Of a stretch of 64,000 bases of DNA, positions 25,898 through 38,613 are shown one piece after another (within the stretch, counting starts at the first letter, position 1; the number at the start of each line of letters is the position of its first letter). Where the stretch lies: assembly GCA_002633005.1 (NCBI GenBank), contig NMRA01000083.1, positions 773,161 through 837,160 of the forward strand, written 5' to 3'. The notes under the pieces were generated by a model. The model had not been told where the DNA came from. It ran no database searches and saw only the letters and a program-made list of their open reading frames with translations. The DNA comes from Phoronis australis (taxonomy: Eukaryota; Animalia; Phoronida). The position numbers and the translations under genes were made by a program.

Positions 25898-27132
25898 GTA
25901 GTGTATTGGAATTTCATGTAATTAAGATTTAGCCGTAACAAAGTTGAATCGCCGACAATTTACCTGAAAATCTTTTAGATATGTTGTAGACGTCTGTTGT
26001 TACCTGTTTCTTGAAGAATTTCGACTTAAGTTTTCGTAAAGAACCAAGGCGAAATCGAAAACTTCAACTGCAATAAACGAAACTAGCGGAGGTGAATCTC
26101 CGTTGAATCAGTTGACGAAATCCGTTCGGCCCATTCTTTTACCACGTGCCATTGGAAACGCTCACTCACCGCATTAAAGAGGCATGGACGCGAAAACTCG
26201 TAAAAACACCTTTAACAGACCGTGACGAATGTACTTCTTGGTAATGCTAACGTGAGAGTTATTCACTTTGAATAGTGTAAGAATTTCTAAAAAAATCGTC
26301 AGACTCACTACTTTTGAAACACAGACGAAAAACAAGCTTTTTCACCCCTATACAGTTTTCAAATTCTCCGCCCCTAATAATATAATTATATGCGCGCATA
26401 CGCTCAAAAAAGTCGGACTAGCTGCAGCTTGAAATCGCCATTGTTTTGCTCAAAGGTCACATTTTCCATATAAGGGAAATGTGCTAAGTCTATGCCTTGC
26501 CGTACCAATTAAAGAGACTTGCTTTGCCTTGTGGGAGAAAAGTCGATGAAGTGACGAGAAGCTGATAGGCCGTTTTTTAAAATTTGAAACTAGAGGAAAA
26601 TGCTTCTGACCAACAGAAAGTCAAATTCTTTACTAAAAAACCGTAAAAACACCTGGTCAGTTGAATTCTGTTTCAGTGGCAAAGAACCACGTTTAATAAC
26701 GCAATTTAGTCTGTTTTCACACTTGGCTATGCCACTTTAAAACAAAAACAAAACAAAGCAAAGACTTTCACCCCAAAATATGAACCGAAACAACGGTTTT
26801 CAAAGATGGTATTGCATGGGGCTTTAGATGAGGTAGGAGCTAGTGTGAAGTACAAACAATACACATGTGCAAGTGATCTAAGGTTATTTATGACTTTGGA
26901 AAAATGTCCAAATTTGGATAACTTCGGAACATCGTATCTCAAAAATTGCTCATCGGATTCATTTGAAACTTTCAGCTACTGTGATTTATGCACTGTTCTC
27001 TAAAACGCTGTTTGGGATTTTAGGAATTGTTTTTTAAATATTCCACTTTTGCTCGAGGGGCTGTCGAAATAGAACTTTTTAAAATCTGTACTATTGTAGA
27101 TATGTGACTAAATACACGGACTTGTTGATAAG

Positions 27133-27370
27133 GTCGTACATAACCATGCGCAGGAATTCGCTGTGAAGAAGTCGTGCATAACCATGCGCAGGAATTCGCT
27201 GTGAAGAAGTCGTACATAACCATGCGCAGGAATTCGCTGTGAAGAAGTCGTACATAACCATGCGCAGGAATTCGCTGTGAAGAAATCGTACATAACCATG
27301 CGCAGGAATTCGCTGTGAAGAAGTCGTACATAACCATGCGCAGGAATTCGCTGTGAAGAAGTTGTACATA
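27133..27370. repeat. 38-bp minisatellite, 6 full copies plus a partial
   Basis: Unit gtcgtacataaccatgcgcaggaattcgctgtgaagaa starting at 27133, 27171, 27209, 27247, 27285, 27323. Confidence 0.95.
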
Positions 27371-27490
27371 CGAGGATAATTTTGCAACCTTGCATATTCA
27401 AGTACTTATTTGATATAACCTCCCAAGTATTTAAATAGTGTTGATTAACAAGACTTTGCCTCGGGTCCTTACAATTTGTTTGACGTTTAG

Positions 27491-27616
27491 GTCCGTGTGT
27501 AAAGGGACAGTTCGACTGTGGTGATAACACATGCATCAACGATACCTTAGTGTGCAATGGTCGGCGGGACTGCGACCTGGTCTACGACGAGTCAAAATGT
27601 ATCAAGAAATTGCCCG
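27491..27616 (+). CDS. Neto: Neto-like exon 6 (LDLa module)
   Basis: tttag| GPCVKGQFDCGDNTCINDTLVCNGRRDCDLVYDESKCIKKLP |gtaag; six-Cys LDLa spacing. Not in the ORF track. Confidence 0.92.
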
Positions 27617-30600
27617 GTAAGACGAGGGTGAATTTTTTACTTTAATAGTTTCATTAACTAACCGTAAGCAAATAGAGTGCTGGAAATGCATCCCGGAAGT
27701 CGCCCTGAGTATTACATCCGGGTTTCAGACATTTAACATACAACAATGATTTTGAGTTACAAAGAATTTTCTCTTAAAAGAGAATAACAGACTTGACAGA
27801 AACTTATTGTGTGACTTTCAGTTCATACAAAGTTTCAATACAAAGCAAAGCTGGTACACACAAACAATGCAATGAATCGAAGCAATTTACAATTATTTTC
27901 AAAACTAATATTTTTGACATGGAGATTTATCTAGAGAACTGTGCAATTCATTAAAACCAGAATTAACATCAGTCTGAAATATTTTAAGGGTCTGAAAGAA
28001 TTCTCGTTGTTGATAATTCTGTGGCGCTGCTGTCGTTTCGAAATGCATTGAGGGACGGTTGTGGGCTCGTAAACATCAGGTGATATATCAGAGAAGTTGT
28101 GGACGTGTAACCCATAATTTTGCGATTTTGGTTGTGAGATTTGACTTCAGCGTGTTTGGATGGCGATTACATCGATAACGTTTTAGCCGCAAAAGATTTC
28201 CAAACCTATGTATCTATTCAATGCATTTTGGGACTCCTTTTTCTATGATGTTATTTTGTCACACTCTCACCAAAACATATGTTTTGTTAATTCTGGTGCA
28301 CGCAAGTGATGTGTTATTTTCCGTTATATGTTTTACACGTCACCAAGTTACCTGTAATGTCACCGGATGTTTACGATTCGACAGCCGTCCCACAATGCAA
28401 TTGAAAAGCGTCAGCAGCGCCGTAGATGAATTGATTGGACAGTCAGACAGAAAGGGGATTTTGGTCTGAACGTGAACAGAGGAGAGACGCTGTTGTGTCA
28501 AAATGTATCAAATATTAGTAACAAAGGTCGCCAGATAATTATGTGGCGGCCGCCAGACAAGTAAAATATTTTTCTTCGCTTCAAAATGGCACTATTGGGC
28601 TTCCGTACAATCCTGAACGCAATATGTTGAAAAATGTCTCATGTATTCCGGAAATATATTTTTAAAGTGACTGGCCTTTTACGAGCAGACGATAAATGAT
28701 GCACCAGCATCTGTGCAATGTAGTAGTCCAGGAGAGCTCGACAATAGTCATTTTCGTGCCACTTCGTAAGGACCGATTTTCCACTATACGACTGTACGCA
28801 CCATCTGTAATTGGTCATTGGTGTCTATTCTTGCCGTTCAATTTTGTCTTATTGTTACAGTGAGGAAAATATAAAACATTGACTTGCTGTGGCGTAGCTA
28901 GGATTATTGCCCCCGGGCCGGAAGATAACGGTGCCGTCCACCCCCGGTAGTCACCGATGTCGTGCCGCAACCCTTTCCGGTGGTCACCATTTTTGTGTCA
29001 CCTTGCAGTCTTAACAATATCATAGGGCAATGGGCACAGCAGTGACCTGGGGTTTCTAGCCCAAAGCTGCTCATTGTAATGAAAATGTAAATTATGTGCC
29101 GTGCCGAATACGTCTATTAATTGACAGGCGTACCGGTACTCCGTCAACGTGAGTTTGGTCAAAAACTACACAATTGTCTGCTTTCTACACAAGATCAGCA
29201 AAGAACTGACGCTCAGTAGGGCATGAACCACCCATGCGGAAGTGGCCACGGTCCGATGCATGCCCATAGCCAAGGAGGGAGGGGTGTGACGGGTGCAGAC
29301 ACCTCCCTCCACCAACAGATGAGGTCTCCTCAAAGATCCGCCAATGGACAGTTAATGTCCGCCTCAGCCTGAAAAGAGACAATTTCGATTCCAATCCATT
29401 CAAAAAAGTAAGCGTAAGGAAATTACTAGCTAATTTTGAGACAAGTTATGAGAGTTAAGTTCGTGTTTCCAACGTTTAGATCGAAACGAAATTTCAACTA
29501 AAGCCTTTTTTTCTGAAGTAAAGAACCACAATGACTAGTGCTGTGATTGGTTGTCCCAATTTCACGTGTGGTGTTTCGACCAATAAATGCTCGTTACTCG
29601 AGAACAGCTAATTTGACAGCTGATCGACCGTTGCGGTTGTTTTGCTGTTTTTGATAAGAAATTGATGATTTTAACCACAGTTTTTCATCATCATGCACAA
29701 AAACACTCGAAGTGTAATTTTAACATTTGGTAACACTGGTTTTAATTTGTCCGAAATTATTTTTCCGTGCAATTAATCCAAGGAGGGTATCGCAGTTTTC
29801 ACCAAGGACTATAATAGCCCATAAAGAGATACTCGCATTCATAATGAAACAGCTAGGTCACCGAGACCATGGTCTTCATGATACAGGAAGGCGTTACTAA
29901 TTCTTGTTCAGCTCTTCAGCAGGAAAACAAATTTCTTGTCTGTGGGTAGTTTTCAGTGGTTTTAATCAGATACGAAATTTAATATACAGCATAGTAAGAA
30001 ACAGAGAGGAACTTTTCGCTAAATTATACTACCGTCAGTGGCCGAAAACGCCCCCCTTTAAGAAACGTTATTATCGACACCGGCATGGCCGGATGTCATT
30101 TAGTGTTATAACTTCCTATGAAGCTATAGTTCTTTCAACGCATTCACATCAATTAAACAATTGATGGAAGCCTCATTGGTCGTCCACTCAGCAAACTTGC
30201 AACGTGAGCATCTTACACAGGAAAAAAATAACTTGAAACGTGTCTGTCTTAAAGAGATGTTACACGCACTTCAAGCGATACACTTCGATACAGCTGAAGA
30301 GTTGAGCTCTCGAAGACATGTCTACTGATGCACCTCTAAAATATGAATAACGTCACAACTGAGTTTTCTAAACAATGCGATAAAGTTATGTGGGATCTGG
30401 TGACTGCAAGGAGAGGCCACTTCTGTTTTGACAAAGTGTGCCACTGATTGTAGCATGCGCTTTGCTTTATGGTAAATCCGGCACGGAACGTGATTGTGAC
30501 CGCAAGTCGAATCGAACTCGGATCGCCGTGGTGCCCTCGTAGTCGTGAAGCTGCCGGGCAAGTGTCTAGTGGGTCATGCCGTGTGTTTAAGATGGCCCTG

Positions 30601-30865
30601 GCTGCCTCCATTCCCAAGTCGCCTCCGCTGGTGGCCACTGATGTTGCGCCGCCCCTCGGTTTTGCCGTCTCTCGGTCGCTTACGGCGCCCTCAACCCGTC
30701 GGTGCCGCCCACCTGCCGTACTTAGTAGAACTCTCCACAGCTCCCTGGCTACGCCATATTGTTTTTGACTTACTTTTAAGTTTTAAATAAAAATTCAGTT
30801 AAGTAGAAATTTGTTCGGCGAAGTGTTTCGCAAAATCCCATTTACATATACACATGTGTTTACAG

Positions 30866-31821
30866 ATAAGGCGACCGCAGTACAAAAAGTCAACATTAAC
30901 TACGTCATACTTGGCAGTGTCGGAGGAGTACTGGGAACCATCGTTTTCATTTCATGTGTTGTCACGCTACAGTATAAATGTAAGCAGTGGCAGGCGCCTC
31001 AACAGGAAACGGAAGTTGTGGAAGTGCGCGAGAATGTTCGAAGGTTAAACAATACGGAACTGAAACACTTACTGAACGGCCACGCAAACGCGACCAGGGA
31101 GCAACTTGCTGGAAGTAGTGCTGATGGAAATCTCACTTCGAGGTCGGATACAAGCCGGATGAGCCCACGTAGTCTTCGTGATACCAAACATGGCATCCCG
31201 CATGGAGGACTTAGAACTCGAGGAATCGCAGATTCTTGGGAACGTGTGCCGTTGAAGGCGCGATCGCAGGAGGTGGTGAATACAGAACATGGCGGAAACG
31301 TAGAATTTTTACTTCCGCCCCCGGATCCATTTAAAAGTGTGGGCAACTCAAATTCAGACTCGAGTTTGTATTTGCCTGCAAGTAATACCGACGAGTATAT
31401 ACCTGTTAAAGTAACGATTGAACAACAGACTAAGAACCCGGAGATCAAAGACTCATGTGAAAATTTCAGTTCAGAAACGCCTTATATTGGTTTTACTGCA
31501 AATGAAAGGCAACTGCACGTGCGATTTCGTGATGAGGAAAAACCATCAGACGTTTTTCGACGCATTGCTTCCGAACGACATCATAGGCCCCGCGTTGAAT
31601 CAGATACAAAAATCCGACCATCTTCTGTGGGAAGTCAAAGTCCGCGACCGGATGTTGTCCAAGAAGAGGCTATGGTATTGAAAGACCACGATACACCGGA
31701 AACAGCGCCACTGTTACAGAAAAATGTTCACATTATGCTGCAGAAAAACAGTGCAAAGACAAATACTCCTGAAATACTTGCAGCTTTACCACGGGGACAA
31801 GTCTATCATTTATCGGTGTGA
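30866..31821 (+). CDS. Neto: Neto-like exon 7 (TM helix and cytoplasmic tail)
   Basis: tacag| DKATAV...YVILGSVGGVLGTIVFISCVVTL (TM) ...GQVYHLSV*; all exons sum to 2010 nt in one frame. Confidence 0.9.
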
Positions 31822-31973
31822 TGCCAGTTAGTAGATCCTGGTGTAAATTGTTAGTTTCTGTGAAACAACGTGTTTCCTAGTAATATGAACCATCGATAGT
31901 CGTATACAAGAAATTCTGTATCGGAATAGCCTCAAGGGGCAACAAAGCAAAATGTGATTTGTACAATTCCTAA

Positions 31974-31979
31974 AATAAA
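31974..31979 (+). terminator. Candidate polyadenylation signal of the Neto-like gene
   Basis: AATAAA ~150 nt after the stop codon. Confidence 0.45.
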
Positions 31980-32516
31980 GATAACATGGGACTCATATGA
32001 ATGTTTGTTGTCCCGAAAAGTTAGCAAAATGTTTTGAAATATGAAATATCAGAAAATGGTTTTAGTGGGACCGAATGGTGTTCATTATATTCCAGGAATT
32101 CCAAAGTTTCATTCGCAAGGCACTGTACAGCCTTCGCATGCTTTACAAAACGAGCACTTCTTGTTTAACTGATGTATCTTTTGCAGGCCCGTAGCCAGGG
32201 GGTTCAGGGGTTACATCAAACCCCCCGTGCAAAAGACCCAGTCCCAGCCTATCCGTTAGAGATAGGGTACACATGGACAACAACAACATCAACAACAAAA
32301 TTGTTGCAGCTACTGGTAGAACTAACTGTAATTATATTAATTAAGTGAGACGAATTTGCTTCTGATTCAAAGCGTTTCGCTAAATCATCGGGCCCTACCC
32401 GGCCCCAGGGCTCAACTTCGCCCGAGTGGTGTTTGCGGAGATGACAGGATCGTGCAGACGATAAAGGAGGCTTTATGTCATTCATTGGCATTAAACTTGC
32501 GTGGTTGCAATACCAT

Positions 32517-32808
32517 TATCGTTGGCCAAATGAGTGAACGTTACGTCGTTAAATTACGTGCGTAAGTTAATTTTTGTTAGAGGCGTAAAGTAATTATTTG
32601 TGACGTAAAGTAATTATTACATTACTACGTAAAGTAAGTATTTGCGGCGCTAAAACTTACTTTACGACGCAAATAATTACTTTACGCCGCAAATAACTAC
32701 ATTGTGCCACAAATAATTTTTTTATGGCGCACTTAATTACATCTGTAACAAGAATTATCTTACACACGTAATTTAACGGCGTAACGTTCACCCACTTGGC
32801 CAACGATA
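32517..32808. mobile_element. MITE with ~50-bp TIRs and 3-bp TSD (cat)
   Basis: tatcgttggccaaatgagtgaacgttacgtcgttaaattacgtgcgtaag is inverted at the right end; internal short tandem acgtaaagtaattat units. Confidence 0.8.
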
Positions 32809-33886
32809 CATCATAGGGTAACAAGGCAGTCTAGAAGTAAATGTCTATAGCTAGCTAAGCTTTAAAACAGCGAAATAGCTCTCAAAAAGTAGTGTGGCGT
32901 GAATGTCTCAAAATCGAACAAGAAACAACACAGCAGAAAATATGATTGTTATCGGCTATTTTGGTGTACTTGCTAGCATTATGGAAAGGTGCAGGCATTT
33001 CAAATTTCTAATTGAAGGTGATCGCCAAATGATTGTTGTTCATCCAGTGTCCACTTTCATGGTGGATTGACTTGCATGCGCGTGTACACGTGTGTGCGTT
33101 TTCATTCTTTTAAATCCAGTACACGCCGACGGTAAGTTCACTATAGTCAGTCTTCTGTCGTTGCTCAAACAAAAACCAGACATTTAACTACCGTGTGTTC
33201 TTGCACTGAGGAAACAGTATTAAGGAAAAACAGATCTAGACCTAATGAAACTTTGGTCAATGAAGAAAGTGTTCCCTTGTCCATCAGTGACAATGGTGCA
33301 CAGCCTCGCAGACTTCATACGAGCAACAAACTTGATGCAAAAGCTTTTCAAGATTACGTGTCACTACTCCGAAGGTTCACTTCTCGCAAAGTCCACTACT
33401 CTGAAGTTTCACTACACCGACAATTCATTACTCTTATTGTCTGCCAATGAGTCGGAACTGACAAGAATGAAATCTTGTTTTTTTTGTCCATTTAGTAACC
33501 ATTTAAAAGGTATGCAAGCAACTCTTGCATACCTTTTAAACATTGATTACATTGTTTACAAATGAGCTTAGTGCCAATCACTGCCAATGGTGACTTCTGG
33601 AACCTAACCAACGACTAATTCTCAAGCAGGGACAACACCTGGGACACGGGTCAGGGCTTCTGCGACCTGAAGACTGAATGGGACTCTCCGACTTTGTGAA
33701 GACTGGCAGGGACAGGGTAGCCCTCTAAGTACATTTAGTTTCGACCAGTTCCGTAGGGTGAGGTAATAATTCATCAATATCCCTATGTACTTTGTATTCT
33801 TTTAAAAGGATAGTAAACGCTGTGATGATTTCCACCAATCCTCGTCCTGTAACCTGTTAATGCATCACTGGCGTCAATCTTCCAAG

Positions 33887-34688
33887 TTAAAAGTATACCA
33901 AACCCGGTTTTATCCTATTAACAGATACTAAAACGACTTTCCCATCCAGTTCTCTGAAACGAAATAATGCTCTGTAACGGCTCGACAACCCTCTACAATT
34001 TTGAGGAAAATTAGAAAACTCCTTAAAAATTCTGCTAAAGGGGCAAGCGTGACCTACGCTTTAGCGAGTTACGCGGCATCTGTGGGAAAAGACCACCCAC
34101 CAAGGAGCATAACGTCTAATTCGTGAGGTAGTGGGCATGAATTCTTAGTTCAGTGATTCCTGCCTCCCGTTCAGTAACGCTAGGACCTCGCTAAAAAGCA
34201 AGACTTCGCGAGATTACGTGAGATATTGCCGTGCATTTTGAAAGAGAGCACGTGACTTTGACTAGGTTTTAGCTAGGTCCTAGCGTAGGTCCTCGCGTCT
34301 ACTGAACGCTCGCCTGGTTTATCTTTTAAGATTGACACCAATGATGCAACAGCAAGTGAGAGAACGAGGGTTGGTTGAAATCATCAAAATAGGGTTTAGA
34401 ACCATTTTTAAGGAAAGAATCACGTGAAAATTCATACACCCCGTGTCAAAGTTTGGACAATATGGTCCTTGGTCGGTGGACCTTTCCCACAGTTGCCGTG
34501 TAATTCGCAAAAAGCGTAGGTTACGCTTGCTCGTTTAGCAAATTTTGAAGAGCGTTCAAAATTTTCAGCAAACTTTTTAGGGTTGTCAGTGCATGGTTAC
34601 AGAGTATTACTTTGTTTTAGAGAACTAGATGGGAAGGTCATTTTTAGTATCTGTCAATTAGCCAAACCCGGATTTGGTATCCTTTTAA
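33887..34688. mobile_element. Long-TIR non-autonomous element bounded by TTAA (Kolobok/piggyBac-like)
   Basis: Degenerate inverted arms ~33887-34111 and ~34461-34688; ends ttaaaagtatacc / ggtatccttttaa. Confidence 0.6.
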
Positions 34689-36931
34689 AAATGCAAGAAC
34701 GTAGTTAGTTTTCCGTATTCGTAAGACATGCAGGCAATTTCGTATGCGCATGCAATCAATAGGCCTAGTACGCAGACGTTGTTTTCGGTATAGGTACACC
34801 ACTCAGCGCATCTCATAACCGAAGTATCGTTTACTTTTGCATGCAAAAGTATGAAAATTAAACCTGGGCTCGAGAATTCAGATATTTTCGGAGTAGTGAA
34901 CCTTTGAATAGTGTGCGATGTCCCTTTCCAGCGATGTAAGTAACATGCGTAAGTACAACCAGATAAAAATTTCGTCTAAATATTTATTTAAGCACGCCTC
35001 ATTTGAAAGTTTGGCGGGTCGACCTTTGCAAAATATCAAAGGTTCACTGTTCCAGAAATTCGGACCACCCCCGGCGCAATGCTGCCTACGGGCCCGTTTT
35101 GTTACAATCGAACACAATTTCTACTGCAGAGCACACAGACATACATCATTAACTATTGTTCACCATATTAAAATATGCTGGATATTTACGCCGAAGGGAG
35201 CTGCATACAGCTGGTTGCGTTTGGAGCAATAATTGTTTGATCTATCTTGGCACTTCTCTTCTATGCAATGCAAAAAACGCGGGGATACATAGATTTATAA
35301 ATACACCGTTCTCAGCAAAACCATATTTCAGAGTATTTTTGGTAACATTGTTTGGACAATGGTTGTGTGTCAAATCGCAGTCTTTGCGTATTTTCTATAT
35401 CTGGAGCCTTCTTTAGAGGGAACTCGTTGAATGTAATTAATCTTTGAGAGCTTAAACACATCCCGAATAAATTCCGCCTCTTTGACCCTGTTGAACTGCC
35501 AATCTTGTGCACAAGGCTAGACCTACACCCATAACACGTTGGTCCAAACCGCCGATCCTGTTCCTTTGTTTATTACGTAGAATTCCCAGTATTTGAGGAC
35601 GCTTTTAGACAATACATAATAAGCGAACTATGGTTCGTTTACGCGATGCTGTTTTAAAGCTGGCAATTTTAGCAAGGACAAGGTCGAAATGATTCGCAAA
35701 CCAGATTTTGTTAGCCGTAATGGTGTATTGTACAACAGTAGTATCTCCTCAGAGATAAAATTATTCAGTTAGTAAACTTTTCCTCATTGCGTTATTAAGT
35801 GCGTTCTGGGGTTTGAAATATTAGACTTTGCTAACAGTTGGATGAATTCCCCCCAGGTGTCACTACTGATTGTCGATTAAGCACTTTCTGGGGGAAATTT
35901 CAACTGAAGTTTGATTCAGACTTTTAATTGACGAGGGTAAAAGAGTTGGTTTCAAAGCGATTGACAAGGATCACAATAGAAAAAAAAGTGTCCATGGATT
36001 GATTTAAACGCTGAATTTCAATATAACTTAACACACAAATCCACCGTTTTTGTGGGATCATCTTCACAAATTCAACCTTAGCAAATAAGTTTCACAGTAC
36101 GATTGAAGAAGCTACACTTCACCTCATTGAAAGGCAAAATAGGCTAATTATGCAAAATCCAGATTTCGAATTTTCCGATTTTGATGAGATTCTCTCCACG
36201 ACCCACTGGTAAAAACAATCAACTTTCTACGTTTTCCTTCCCATCCAACCTCTAATGCTCTTACCCGAAGTGTGAAGATGCCATATTGGATTCAGAAAGT
36301 CAGGGCCGAACCGAAGTCTCCAATCTGGTCTTCCAAATCTGGTTGCAGAATTCGGGAGTAACAGGTCGCCGGTTTTCATTAATAATGTAGATTATTGATA
36401 CGAGAGTTTTCAACCGGGGACGTCTTTAACTTTACGCCATACCAAGTTCTTCATTTAATGTGCTAAGTAATTTCGCAAATTATAAGTTACCCTACCCACG
36501 AGTGAGTGGAACACTGCACACAATTTGATGACCGTGTACAAAATTAGTCATTAGTCCCTTCCGAAAGTTATCGTTGTTCTTAGATAATTTTAGTCCTCGA
36601 GGGCTCAAAGTAATTTGTTTTCTTTGAATGTAACTAGAGACCCACTGTCAAATAATCCCTATGTTATATTCTTGACCGCAAAAACAAACCCGAATAAGAA
36701 ACTCTGCACGTTCTCTTAGCTGTACCGTCGAAAGCGAGCCATTTTCTAAGTGTCGCACGTTTTCTGTAAAGCTGCCTGGCGTGTTGAATGAAGCATTTTC
36801 AGTTGATGGAAGCCGTAACAGCTACGATAGTACAGACGCAAGTACAGCAGTTATTGCGCAAATCCGCGAGAACTCCGGATATGCGAAGGCACGAGGATCA
36901 AAGAAACAAACAAAACTATGTCTGGAAAGGC

Positions 36932-36937
36932 TTTATT
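36932..36937 (-). terminator. Candidate polyadenylation signal of beta-tubulin A
   Basis: AATAAA on the minus strand ~370 nt after the stop. Confidence 0.45.
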
Positions 36938-37308
36938 GACGAAAATGTTTAACATCACTGGCAAATTAATCGATATACCGATAACATTTTTTAGTCGAGG
37001 CACACGCGCACTGATCACAAACACACACATCCATGACGTCACTGCCAAACAGATCTAGACTCTGAAGTAGTAATGATGTCGCACAGTATTTGACACCCGC
37101 CAAGAAATCGTGAGAAACAGAGGAAACAGACGCTTGAAATGACGTAGTTACATCTCGAAATACTGCCAACTAACCAGTTAAATATTCTTTCACTCTTCTC
37201 GTGGTTGAGTGATTTAATGCGTCTGAAATGCTAACAAAAATAACCTCTATAATGTATAACACCTTGCACCTCACAGTTAAAAATACGAAGCAGGGTCAGC
37301 TAATACCG

Positions 37309-38148
<840 letters not shown>

Positions 38149-38151
38149 TTA

Positions 38152-38613
<462 letters not shown>

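Noticed and set aside
27133-27370. 38-bp repeat array resembling a CRISPR in unit length
   Set aside because: Units are contiguous with no unique spacers, there are no cas genes, and the context is a eukaryotic intron
30469-30768. GC-rich 99-aa ORF upstream of the last Neto exon
   Set aside because: No recognisable domain; ends in a ctggctacgcca MITE-type terminus, so probably TE-derived
33729-33790. Hammerhead-ribozyme-like ttgatga...gaaac on the minus strand
   Set aside because: Core is not CUGAUGA and stem II does not pair
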